The position numbers and the translations under genes were made by a program. A stretch of DNA of 64,000 bases from positions 7,192,001 through 7,256,000 of the forward strand of contig JBHGNT010000002.1 of assembly GCA_043228905.1 (NCBI GenBank). The letters are read 5' to 3'. The notes under the pieces were generated by a model. It was not told the DNA's origin and did no database searches. It saw nothing but the letters and a program-made list of their open reading frames with translations. Of the stretch, positions 24,731 through 38,023 are shown piece after piece. The stretch comes from Azolla caroliniana. Taxonomy: Eukaryota > Plantae > Polypodiophyta. The stretch's first letter is position 1, and every line of letters starts with the position of its first letter.

Positions 24731-27700
24731 ATCAATGTGTGCCTAGCGTGCATGCCCAAAGAGTTAGTGGATCCACGACATTTCCTATGCAGGAGAGCTC
24801 CGGATCGACCCGTGTCACTTTGCCCGGGGCAAGATGCCAGACTCCTCAACTTCTGTGGCAACACTGTTGTCGAATATGGATGCGTTCAGTCCCTTCAGAG
24901 TTACGATGCGTAAGTTACGGATTGACATGTAGTTCCTGACGGTGAACTCAAATTCCGGCTTTTGCGGGTTTACAATGGAAATCTAATCAATCATATCGAG
25001 CTAAGTTGTATGGCCCTATACGTTCTGCGGTCTAGCCTTTTTTCCATTCTTGTGTGAAAACGGTTTATTAAATTGGAGTCTTCGATGGTAAAGTATAACT
25101 CTTGTGTTCCATGTATGGGTTTGATGACCAAATGTGATGGTTTTGAATGACATCAAGCTTCTACAATATCACATCAATATGCTACCTGAATTAGCTACTT
25201 CAAAGTGCACAACATCGTCTCATTACGTTATTACGACCACTCGTAAGCCGTTCAAGTTCATGAGAAACCTTCATATTTCTTGTACTTTCTAAACAATATT
25301 GCTTGCAATCCATCCCTTTCAAAGGGAATATATATGTGATGTTGATGCTGAAATAAAAAGTTCACATGTTTTAACCTAAACAACAATTTCCTCATATAAT
25401 GAAGGTATGCACAAAGTTCACATTATCAAAGCTAATTTCCCTCTTCATCCATATAGCAAACAACTCTCTCTAAGACAACAAAAATCCTTCAATTACGAGG
25501 AAAATCTAATATCTCAACCTTAGTTAGCCATTTATGATGAAGCAAAATTTGATAATCCTACATCAAAGATCATGGTAGGACATGAACCATTTGTTCCATA
25601 TACTTTAAGGATGATTCTTCCGACAATTTCTCCTTTTTATTTTGTGAGGGAGAAGAACTCTCATAAAATCCTTTTGTACCAAAATAAACACCATTCATAA
25701 CATTCCCTGGGTACATGACACTTATCCATCGTACAACATGAAATGCACAACATCTTTACAAGGAAAAACAAAGGACACTTGTCTTGTAATCCCATAAAGG
25801 GTTCAACCATTCATTTGACAACTTGAAAATTTTAGATAGTAAAATAACATCCAATGCTTTTCTAGCCTAAGGAGAGTCAAATATTAGACATCTTAAAGCC
25901 ACTTTTCATCCTTTGCATTTTGATAATGGACAATGAGAGATAATTAAGCTACCTAGTGAGGAGTCAAGACTAAACAAAGTTGAATGTGAGTGAGTAGATT
26001 TTTGAATGTTGCTTAAACTCGGGTTTATTGCCTAAACAAAGGGTGTTGTTGAAACAATGTTTGTTGGACATGCTTGACAAATAGCATCACCATTAAAAGA
26101 TGAGAACTAGTAATTGTCTCTATTTGAGACTTCATAAAGTATCAGAATTAATGATTTACTTGTGATGTACTTCTTTATCATCAAGAACTTTTGTCAATCA
26201 ATCAAATGACAATCTTTGACTTAAGATTCTAGACACACTATTCAAGAAACTCTTTTGGTTGAGTGGCCTATTTCCTACTCAATTGCAAGATGATTTCATT
26301 TTTTTCCATCAACCCAACTTTTGGGCAGGTTGGAATCATGTGCACTCATTGGGCAATGGCTTGTTGACTTTCTACTTCAAGTCTTTTTTGAGACAATCTC
26401 TTTATTATTGTCTCCAATATGTTGTATTTCACCTTTATTTTGAATGCTATGGACCATTGAAAGTTTGTACATGTTTTGTGGGCTTTTACCTCTCACTGAA
26501 CTTTCCCACCAATAATATATCAATATGTAAGTACTAACCACCATATGGATACGCGCCCTTTTACTTCACACACCCAACATTGTTCTCTCTCTCTCTCTCT
26601 CTCTCTCTCTCCAATGTATCGATGAAGAAGCATTGAAATTTGTTGACAATGTTGATGAGTAGAAAGGAGCATAAGTAAGTGCATGCATTGAAACGTACTT
26701 TCAATGGCTATGTTGTTGCAAAGTTAAGTGCTTGCTTGTGATATGTGAGCGGGATCACCGAGGAATTGAAACAAGGATGATGGGTTTGATGGAGTTGTCG
26801 AGTAGGATTTTCCTCTAGATTGTCAGTAATATATGGTATTGATGTCCATTTAGCAATTTATTAGGATCCAAGCTTCTGTTCACTTTTGTATGTATTTACT
26901 TGTGTGGGAGAGTATGTATATTCATGTACGAGCTCATCTAAGTATCGATGCATGAGTGCACTTATTGTATTTGTTTTTATAAATGTGTTTGTACCATATA
27001 CACGTACTTATATATATATATATGAATATGCATATATGTGTATCCATTTATAGAAGTTTGTATATATGTATGAGCGTGCACGAATATGTGTAACTTGTAA
27101 GTACATGCATATATATGTATCTATGTGTAACAAATATGTAGAAATTTGTATATATGTATGAGTGTGCCGAATATGTTTTACATGTATTTTATTTTTTGTT
27201 AAAGATATCCATTCATTAGTATAAAGCAATTCACATTGTTATAAGTTATACCTTATGATTCTCAAGGAATAACCATCTTGGTGGTTGAAAATGCCAAAAA
27301 GGCTTAGCTTCTTTCTTTCAAGGACAAATGGAGTATCTTTCCACAAAGCTAGAATTTGGAGGCACTAAGTAGCTTTAGCTTTTGAATCTCCAATAAGACA
27401 ACCCCATTCTCCTTTTAAAGTATGGATCACGTCTAGCCAAATGTTACATACCATTTCAACTAATGAGACTCTACCTTGATGGAAAATGAAAGAGCAACGA
27501 GCCTTCTAGATGTAGCATATGGTGGTACTACTCAATAACTCCCATAACGGTTGCATCACCTTCCTTCCTCTTAAAAATTGCATGGACACTAAAGGAAGTA
27601 CACAAACTATTCCGGAATAAGTGTTAAAAGCATGATCCATAGACTCAACATCATAATGAAAAACAAAGCAAACAAATGATGTCCAAATCACCATGCCCTA

Positions 27701-30281
27701 TATGAACAACGACAGGGGAAAGTAATTGGCAAATATTCTTAACAAACATTTCCATACCAATTGTGACTCAAGGTAGTCCCCTAAACAATGTTTGGAATAA
27801 TGCCTTGATGACTCCAATATTGAAACTTAGAAACCACTTTGGAGTAATACCTTGTTGACTCCAATATTGAAATGTAGTTGGTGAAACATCCCGTAAAGTA
27901 GACAAAATATGTCTACCTAATTGCACTCTATATATCTACGTAGTTGATGGAAGAAATTAAATTTATTACCAATAAATGGGTTTCTCCATAAATAGTTAGT
28001 TGGGTTCCAACTTCCAAGCCAATTTGAACAAAGGTTATTTACCAAACACCCACAATTTCCAATGTGACTTTATGTCCTATATCAGTGGGTAAATATACCA
28101 TTTGTGATCAATGTATTCTATTACCCTTATCTTGCATTCCACGTCATAAGGATACTCATTTATCGTTTCCATCAAGCGGAGACAATTAACTTGCACTATT
28201 CACATAAAAAAAAACAAAAGGTTAGATCTTGAAAATATCTTTTTACAACCAAGAGTACATATATTCTTGGGAAAACACTTATCCATCTGAGGTGAGAGCT
28301 AGTGGATGGCATGGTTATCAATAACTTCCTGAATTTGTCGATACATTATTTGTCCTCGATGAATCCTGGCTAGTACATGCTTTTGTTCTTTTGCAAGAAC
28401 GTAATAAAAAAACCTACCAAGTCTTGACTGAGTTTGCAGGACCTTTTGGTATTTTGTCCAATGCTAACCACTGTCATTAAACCACATGATGTTGTAAAAT
28501 ATGGGTTGCATAATAGCCTTTGTGCTAAATTGTCATCATATTGTCTAGGTAATTTGCGGAGCAATTCATGTAAGACTTGTTGTAGAAAAAATAGTTTGAA
28601 TAAATCTGTCCTCGCACATATGAGATGATGGTAATATGAATTTTTCCGTAAATATCTAACTTACATCCTTTGACCAAGGTGCACCTAACTAAGGAGGGCA
28701 TTCAAAACAACAATTAAGCAACAACAATTTCCATATATCCTGACTAGAAGTAAATCCTCAAATAATGAAATTTTCTAACAATGCTCGGGTCTGATCTACT
28801 GGATCAATAATACCTAATCATCATTTGGATTGAGGTAAGGTAATTACATGCCTTTGAAGTTTGGACCGACCATGACCCGCAACTTTTCCTGCCGACAAGA
28901 AATTTCATATTAACCTCCATATTTGCAAGATGTATAATTTGGAAAAGATCCAACAAGACAATGCATACCGTGTTGTTGCCAATCATACTTGGGTTGTAAC
29001 TATAATCCGGCCTGCAAAGGAAAGCTTGGCTGAATGGAGAATAAGCTTTCTCAAAATCATGCATAACAATAGCCAACTTGTATTTGGATTTGACAACTAC
29101 TGCACGTGATTCCAAAAATATATAAACATTATCCAAAATACTTCTTTCACAAATGAAACCTATTTGGGATGGGTGTATAATTGTAGATAACGTACTTTGA
29201 AGGTGTATACTAAATACTTTAGGCAGGATTTTATAAATTGTGTTGAGTATCGTAATAGGGAGCCATTTCTTGATATAAAATGAAGGACCCTCTAACTTAG
29301 AGATAAGGTAAATTAGGTCTTTGGTAAAATGGAAAGGCATGCAATTGTCATAGAGAGTTCCTTGATAGGTTGTACATAAGTCCACCTTGATCAAATTCCA
29401 GTATTTAAGGAAAAACTTAGGGGTTAGACAATCCATACCTGCGCAACTAAGTTTGGGCAATGCTTGAAGTGCTTGTCTCATTTCATCTTAAGAGAAGACC
29501 ACCTATAGTTGAACATTCATGTGTGGTGTTAGGTTTGGTTCCAAAGTATTCCAAACTTGCGATCTACATGTTAATGCATCAACTGAAAAGGTCTCTAATG
29601 ATAATAAACTAGAATAGTAACGTGTGGTAATCTCTCTCATTGCATGTGGGTCAGATGTGATAGTCACATTTTCACGTCGTAGTTGTTTGATAGAAATAAC
29701 ATTATAATATGGTCTCATTGTGTGAAAAAATTTGTTGCTCCTTTATCACCCATTTGGGTCCACATAGATGTTATGCAATGATATTGGAATTTTGTTGCTT
29801 TTCCAGAAGTAAAGCAAGTTCTTCTTTTGTTGTCCCAAGTGGCTTAGGGATCCAGGCACAACATGGATAACGTTCCTGCAATCATTGTAAGGACACTAGA
29901 GAAGTACGTTGTTGTTTTCCTTAGATTTATGTTTGAATAATTATGAGATTTCAGGTAAACAATTAGATACCTTCATTGCCATCATATCCCTTAAAGTGTT
30001 TTTTTGAGACCATAATTCAACAACTTGCAATGAAAAGTTATCGTTTAACAACACATTTTTTGGAATCTCCAGAGTAGATAGGTCATGGGATCGTTGACCT
30101 AATGTGGGAAAGATAATCGGAGCATGATCAAAATAATGTACTACCCGACATTATGTGTATTGTACCATCAGTTTAGATAAATTTGCCAAACACATGAAAT
30201 CTATTTAATCTCAATAGATTGTTACCATTATTACGCCTATTTGAATGTGAGAAAAGGAGTGAAGACTCTCTACAAACCACC

Positions 30282-31215
30282 TGAAGGGAATCCAACGTTC
30301 CTTATGCGCAACGCTCGGCCACAACCGAGATTCTTTTCATACACAGAAAATGGGAAATAGAACACGACACGAAGAATAGAAATGGTACACGGGAGGTTAA
30401 CGTGGAAAACCCCAAACTAGGGGAAAAAACCACGGCAGCCCACAGGCTGCAAACTATCACTATGTATGAATGTACAAAACAGTGAGTACACGGAGGCAAC
30501 AACCTCGGGCTCACGATCTTCGCCACAGGCGGCGGTTACAACAGAGGCAACGACCTCGTTCTCTCTCTCTCTCTCTCTCTGTACAGTTACGCTCTCTCTC
30601 TTCTTCCTGCACCAACAAGGGAGAATGACCACCACTACTTAAAAGTTTTCCCTAAGTCATATTTATACTAATATGACTTTTCGGCTATTTACAAATGTAG
30701 CCACAATGGGCTCTCAGAAACATATTTACGAATATGTCTCTTCCTCCGGTTCATACCGGGTCTGCACCATCTGGCTCTCCGTAGCCGGGTACTCCTCATC
30801 TGGTTCATACCGGGCCTGCACCATCCGGCTCTCCGTAGCCGGGTACTCCTCATCCGGTTCATACCGGGCCTGCACCATCCGGCTCTCCGTAGCCGGGTAC
30901 TCCTCATCCGGTTCATACCGGGCCTGCACCATCCGGCTCTCCGTAGCTGGGTACTCCTCATCCGGTTCATACCGGGTCTGTATCATCCGGCTCTCCGTAG
31001 CCGGGTACTCCTCATCCGGTTCATACCGGGCCTGCACCATCCGGCTCTCCGTAGCCGGGTACTCCTCATCCGGTTCATACCGGGTCTGTATCATCCGGCT
31101 CTCCGTAGCCGGGTACTCCTCATACCGTTTCGGCCTTGGCCTATCGGCCTCGACCGAGTTTGTTCGTCGGCACTGTTCTTCTCCCTTCCCATCCGGAGGG
31201 ACCTGTCTCCCAACA
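30282..31215 (-). mobile_element. Solo LTR (934 bp) inserted in LINE copy 3
   Basis: TG...CA ends (minus strand TGTTGGGAG...TTCCCTTCA). TSD CCACC/CCACT at 30277-30281 and 31216-31220. LINE endonuclease sequence resumes on both sides. Confidence 0.82.
30740..31127. repeat. 54-bp tandem array, 7 copies, inside the solo LTR
   Basis: Unit CTCATCCGGTTCATACCGGGCCTGCACCATCCGGCTCTCCGTAGCCGGGTACTC. An 18-aa period appears in the overlapping ORFs. Confidence 0.95.
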
Positions 31216-32570
31216 CCACTGAGGGTGCATGCCAAGCATCAATCAATTGTAAGGAAAAACCTAATTGTTCGCAAATTGTTAATTCATGTCCATGTATCAT
31301 TGTTGAACTATCTCCTACTTGATCTATGGGATCCTCAATCATGTTGAAATCATTAGCAATGCACCAATGCTCAAGAGGAGGTAAAGCATTCAATATATCT
31401 TGCCAAAACTATTTCCGGGCATAGACCTTAAAGAGTCCCCATATATATTCTCGTTCTTGTACAATAATAAATTGAGCCTTCCTAGGAATAACCACTTGTT
31501 TTTGGATAAATACATGTATGTTAATATATGTATGTGTAAAGGTTAATGTGCATAGGTGTGAAAAGGGGAGAGGGTGATGATGTAAGAATGACGTGCACGT
31601 TATTAGACCATTCTTTGTCTTGATGCTTCAACCTAGAAAGAAAGAATCCTAGGGACAAAGCCTATGAATAAACGACCTAGGGGGTTCCTTTCCCTCCTCT
31701 CAAATGAGCATTGTCCAATTGTAGAGTGTTAGGTTTCATGAAGATGCAAGTTCAAATCTCATCGCTCATAATTTTCTACTCTAGCATATTTTTGAGTTGA
31801 AAACTCCATCATGATCGTCTTGGGGTGATCTTGGTAATATTGAATGTAGCTTTCTGAATTCTGAACAAGAATCCGCTTTCTTGTGAAAATAGCAATTTCA
31901 CATAGGTTTTCGCTTGGTTTTCAGATTTTGGATTCAAAATTACAATCTAACAAATGTTTGCTTAAGGGGGAAGAGAGGAGTAGGAAAGTGTGAAGCCTCA
32001 CTTAATGGGGGAAGCACAAAGGAGGCTCAAAATTATGTGTTGGTCAACAATATCGAATTGGAACTATAGATGTTGCATCAGTAGGGAGGCAATTGTGTGT
32101 TGCTCCTTCTTGTTCTTCTTTGTGGCTCCTAGATGAGCAGAGGCTTGTTGCTCACTTGTTCTAGGAGCCTTTCATTTGTTGAGGCCTAAATTACCCTAAG
32201 TTAGGGCCAACTTAGGATTAGCTCTAGGTTCGAGTTAGGAAATTGGCCTTAACTAGGGCCAACTAATATCATATTAGGTCTAAAAGGACGACCCAAGGAC
32301 AATTGAGGGGTCCTTAGGGCTAAATAAGGGACATTAGGGATGATTTAGGGTCTTGAAGATTTGAATTATGACCTAAGTGTCGAATACAGGTACATAATGG
32401 ACATATTCACAATGTCCCATTCGATAGGCTAGGTATATGTCATATTTATAAATATTGGAAAGGGTAGTTGCTCTAGTTCAGTTTGTATTTAACCGGAACT
32501 CTGTAACCCAGTTGAGGGGTGGTTGCCACCATTCTTTGTAACTTCAATTTTGAATATGTAAAAGAATATG

Positions 32571-33012
32571 TGTGGAAGCGTTATGCTAAACACAGAATAC
32601 ACAATCTATTATACGGAAACACAACAGTTAGGTAAACACAGAGAATGTAGATACACAGTATGAGAGAGACATAGAGAGACATAGAGAGACATAGAGAGAC
32701 ATAAAGAGAGAGTAGACAACAATATTTGATTGAAAATAATCAACACTTTGTACATAAACCTATGCTTAGAGAGCAATTTTTATACAAGCCCTGACAAGTG
32801 GGCTGACACAAGTATTTGAAAACTCATTAATTGAGCTTGAACCTAACAACCTATAATATTCCTATTTACTAAAATAGGAATATAGGCCCCTTATGGCCAG
32901 ATTCCATTTGACTCGGCCTAGTCAATCGGTCTTTGTCTGATTTGGCTCTCGACTTCTTCAGCCGATCCGGCCCAAGTTGAGCTTGCTCGCTCAACACTAC
33001 CCCTCAAGCTGA
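32571..33012 (-). mobile_element. Copia-type 3' LTR remnant with adjacent polypurine tract
   Basis: TG...TCAACA (ends 32996) followed by CTACCCTCAAGCT. This is the same arrangement as TCAACA-TGCCCCCTCAAGCT at 40248-40267. Confidence 0.55.
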
Positions 33013-34067
33013 ACTTGAGGTTCTTCGTCAGCTCCAACTGGTCCACCGTCCCAACATTTCATGGCTTCACACCTCCTAGCTCGCGCTCCATGACCCGTCC
33101 AGTCTAATGTTCCTTGACCTACTCGGTGACCAGTCTAACGTTCCTTGATCTACTAATTCGGTGACCCTTGATCTATCAGCTCTCTTGCCGTGGCATTGTC
33201 TTTGGCTACCTTCTCGTCTGTCTTGCATTCATGTGATTCGGCTTGGCCATCATCTTTAGGTCGGTTCTGCCCCACATTGTAACACATCCCTCTCCTTGGT
33301 CTATAAAAGGAGGGGAGCACCTCTTGTGAAAGGGTTGCCTATTTTGAGTGAGAGAGGTATACCACTTAGGTCTAGGGTTTGGTAGTTTTCTTGGTCTTCA
33401 TCTTATTCTTAGGGTTTCCACTTTGGTCTTTTCACTCTATTTCGTTTAGGATTTCATTTGAGTCTTCTTCTTCATTGTCTGATGGGTTTCGTTCACTCTT
33501 TTGAGTGGAAGTTAGTATTCCGTTTAGGTTCTTCTTCTTGAGAGAGTTTGTGCAAGTTAGGGTTTATGTACTCGGGGTCTTCGGGTGTTACTCTCTCTTC
33601 GTCGTGTGAGAGTTTGGTTTGGTTTGGGGGTTCCTACAACGACAACTTTAGGCATTTCAGTGGAGGCACTTGGTGATTCAGCTTCCTCTCCTCGATGGAG
33701 AGCGTTTCATGTGGCGGCCAGTTCGAGAAGGGAGGACAAAGTGGCATGGGAACACTCCATCGTCTTTGGGGCGTGACGAACGGTGGACGTCATGGTCCCG
33801 ACGGCCCACTTGACTCGCCTTCGCCGGTTCCCATTCTTGTCTTGATGTATTAGCCGATTGTTTTGTAATAGCCACCGGATTTGGGGCATGTAGCCGTGTT
33901 GTAAAGCTATTGTAATATATATTCATGTTGGTGTATATGTATCTTCTATTATAACATATTTGAGTCGGGTCCATATTCGCGGTGAACCGTTTTTGTGAAA
34001 CCCTACATTTGTTGGAGCTGGAAGCTGATTCCAGACCGAAGCCCACAAAGCTCAAGGACTCCACCAT

Positions 34068-34129
34068 CCGTCTCCCTAGTCCAAGACCCCCGTGGTCCCG
34101 CCTAAGATCCTACACGTACCCGCGGACTA
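34068..34129 (+). mobile_element. LTR 3'-end fragment related to the 44379-49902 family
   Basis: CCGTCTCCCTAGTCCAAGACCCCCGTGGTCCCGCC is nearly the reverse complement of 44410-44446. Confidence 0.65.
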
Positions 34130-34859
34130 TGAATTTCTAAATATAGAATTATATATTACATAATAGAGATTTAATGGGCTAGTGCATAGATATATTGACT
34201 CCTAGCTAAAGGTGCACAGTTCAAATATGGTCTTATAATGCAGCGTGATTTAAGGAATTTTATTCTTTTTGCATTGAAGATGAATGTGGTGACCCCTGTT
34301 TTGAGAGGAGGAGAATATCGCCAATTTTCTTTCGGAGCTCTTCATCTTCATCTTCACCATTTTTCTTCATCTCATACCCCTTCATCCCCTCATCATCACG
34401 TGCTCGTCTTCTTCGTGTTGGCACTCGAAGTGCCCAGATTGTTTACGATGCTCGTGAGCCCGAGCCTCATTGGTTCGACATTGTTTCGCCCCCTCGCCGT
34501 TTGGGTGGTCATGGTTCGTTGGGGTCGGCATTTTGTGGTGGGTGTCATGATATGGCAAGACTCGAACCCATGACCTTATGTTATATGGGTCAAGCTCTTG
34601 ACCATTATACCATCTATTGTAATACGTAGGATATTATTTTCATTTAAGTTTTATTATAGGAAATTAATGTATATTCCAGATTTCTCTGGAACATTCTAGA
34701 AGCTTCAGGATTACTCCTAAGAACACTATAAAAGAAGACACTAGGCATTATTTTGAACCAAATTGGTTCAACGTCAGTCTTAAGCCTCATAGCCATCTTG
34801 TACTTACTCTTCCTATAATATATCATCTATTATCATCATCTCTCTCTCTCTCGTCCTCA

Positions 34860-34902
<43 letters not shown>

Positions 34903-37900
34903 TCTCTTTCCTCCCTCTCGAGAGTCTTACGCAGTCCCGTCCTCTTAGTACTAATAGTACTTCCCTTCTCTACTACTAATTCTCTCTTTGTTTTAGTACT
35001 ATTCCTAACAGTTTGAACCAAAATTTCCTCTCTAGTCTTTCTTTTGGTTTCCCTCATCCTCTTATCCTTTTTCTATACAATGGCTTCTGTTAACACCCAA
35101 GAATACCAATCCGTTTTCTTCGAGCTACAGTGTCTAAAAGAAAAATTTGTTGCCTTGGAACAAGAAAACCAACGGTTGTTAGGGGATCTTCAACAAATCA
35201 CCCTAGAAAAACAGCAAACGCAGCAACAACATGGGGAGTTGCAACAATAACATGGGGAGTTAGCGTTACGTGTGCAACAACTCAAAGCAACGTTGCAACA
35301 ACAAGGATCAAGTTCCCACGTATTTCATAAAGAGCCCAAGATTGGACTTCCTATGAAATTTGATGGAACACGGTCGCAATTTAGGGGATTCCTCAATTAG
35401 GTATGCTTAGTCATTCAAATGCATCCTTCTCGATACCCCACTGATGCATCCCGAGTCGGCCTAATAGGCACGTTGCTTAGCGGCTCAACCTTGGCATGGT
35501 TTGCGCCGCTTCTGGAAAAACAATCGCCCTAACTTAATAACTTTGAAGACTTTATTAGTGAGTTTAAAGCTTGCTTTGGAGATACAGACAGCATCCAAAC
35601 GACAATCAACAAAATCCGACGATTGCGTCAAGGCGATCGTCTAGCCTTTGCCTACGTGGCAGATTTTTGTCTACTCGCTTCAGATATCCCCTGGGATGAT
35701 CAGGCACTAATGGAGCAGTTTCGCTACGGCCTGCGAAACGATGTCAAAGATCTACTTCTAACCTTCCCCGAAGAACCAAAGTCTCTTACGGAGGAGGCAA
35801 TTAGTCGAGTGGTCCAATGTGACAACCGCCTTTTCGAACGACGTTCGGAATATCAATTACAAATAACACGCTCTAGGCCGGAGCCCACTTACGCCTCAGT
35901 CGCGGCTAAACCGTTTGCACGAGACATACCTCAAGCAAATACTCCGACACCGATGGAGATCGATAGCATGCATCGACGTGGCCCGTTATCGGAAGAAGAA
36001 AAGCAACGACGACGTGCAAATCGATTATGTCTTTATTGCGGTGGACCAGGGCATATCACACTCAATTGTCCCCATAGGCCAAGAAGATAGGTAAATCAAA
36101 TCGTAGCCTATACTAAACCCGAGTCAATTCTTCCCTTAGGAGTGTCTGATAGTATTAATAGTACTAATAGAGTGTCTGATAGTATTAATAGTACTAATAG
36201 CCCAAGTATCTCAAACAAATTTGAAATCCTTAGTCAATTAGATGAAGAGTTAAACGATTGAGTCCAGCCAAAATAGGAGCCGTTTGGTTGGACAACCCTA
36301 GATCTGTACAACCCATTAGTGGTTCCATTCCCTCCAAGCAAGTTAGCAATGTGTTCCTAGCCCAAGTCATGGTTAGTACTAAAAGTACTCCCCCAATACA
36401 CGTCCTAGCACTTCTAGATTCCGAAGCTAATTCTTGTTTCATGGATCGAAAGTTTGCCCAAGCTTCTCAGATATCCTTAAGAAAACTTCCTTACCCCGCA
36501 TCTGTAGTAATCATTGATGGTCGTCCCATTGCTTCCGGGAATATTGTAGAAGAGTCAGAACCCATTCAAGTTGTCCTAGGTAGTTTTGTGTGTGTAGTAG
36601 CATTTAATATAATTAGTAGTCCAGAGCATCCCATTGTCCTGGGATTACCTTGGTTTGAATTACATAATCCAGACATAAATTGGAGAACAAGAGAAGTCCG
36701 ACATTGACAACCCCAAGAATCTACGCATCGAGTTTCGACCATTTCACTATGTCAATTACACGAAGAAGGACACAAGGAGGCAATGTTCCTATTTGCAATA
36801 TCAGTACATCCTTCCAACACTATTAAGGAGGAATCCTTAGTGCAACTTCTGGCGAAATATCATCCTTATGCCGATGTATTTGACAAGGTAAAAGCCGGTA
36901 CTTTTCCTCATCATCGTCCCTATGATTGTCCCATCGATTTACAACCAGGAGCAGAGCCACCGTGGGGACCAATTTACAACTTGTCACCCACCGAGTTAGA
37001 AGTCCTTCGAGCCTACATAGAGGAGAACTTGGCAAGCGGGTTTATTTGTCATTCGAAATCTCCGGCCGGTGCACCCATCTTCTTTGTCAAGAAGAAAGAT
37101 GGCTCACTTCGTCTCGTCGTTGATTATCACGGCTTGAATAAAGTCACCATCCAGAATAGGTATGCACTTCCTCTTATATCAAGTCTTTTAGAGCGAGTTA
37201 ATGGTGCCAAGCTTTTTACAAAAATCAATCTACAAGGAGCGTATAACCTCGTGCGGATCCGACTAGGAGATGAATGGAAGACCACCTTTCGCACGCGGTA
37301 TGGGCATTTCGAATATACTGTTATGCCGTTCGGTCTAACCATTGCACATGCAGTCTTCCAACACATGGCAAATGATATATTCAGAGACCTCTTGGATATC
37401 TGTTTTATCATCTATCTGGATGATCTATTGATTTATTCGAAGACCCAGGAAGAGCACGATTCTCATGTACTATTAGTACTAAAACAACTCCACGAGAATG
37501 GTCTTTATGCCAAGCTAGAAAAATGTAGCTTTGATTGCAAGCAGTAGAATTTCTAGGCTACATCATCTCCTCAAAGGGCATCTCCATGGATCCAGCTAAA
37601 GTCCAAACTGTGCTAGAGTGGCAAATTCCACAGTCGGTACGAGATGTACAATGTTTTCTAGGTTTTGCTAACTTTTGCCGCATGTTTACACAGGATTACT
37701 CGAAGATTATTTTACCTCTCACACAACTTACGAAGAAGGGACAAGCATTTCTTTGGTCCAATGAAGCAGACATGGCTTTTCGGCATCTTAAGAAAGCCTT
37801 TACATTAGCTCCTATTCTAGCTTATGTGGATACAAAGAAACCATTCATCATGGAGGCCGACACATCAGATTTCGCCCTTGGTAGCATCCTTTCTCAACAA

Positions 37901-38023
37901 GGAGATAAAGAAGACTTACATCTTGTGGCTTTCCATTCGCACAAATTCGATGCGGCGGAAATCAACTACGAAATACATGACAAGGAGTTATTAGCCATCG
38001 TGGATTCCTTTGTGCAATGGCGG

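Larger units (their letters stand above)
27188..31510 (-). mobile_element. Decayed, 5'-truncated L1 LINE (copy 3, more distant family)
   Basis: TSD TACATGTAT at 27179-27187 and 31511-31519. T-rich tail at 27188-27200. EN remnant HWCIANDFNMIEDP, RT remnant WLPITILNTIYKIL...HDFEKAY (rest of RT missing), zf remnant ESMDHAF. Interrupted at 30282-31215. Confidence 0.85.

Noticed and set aside
24800-26560. Possible decayed DNA transposon (hAT/Mutator) remnant
   Set aside because: Only faint peptide hints; no terminal inverted repeats, TSD or catalytic motifs could be established.
30740-31127. Possible CRISPR array
   Set aside because: Contiguous tandem units without unique spacers, no cas genes, eukaryotic LTR context.
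33050-33780. Probable additional LTR fragment (TATAAAAGG at ~33302, possible end near 33645)
   Set aside because: Boundaries, TSD and PBS could not be fixed with confidence.
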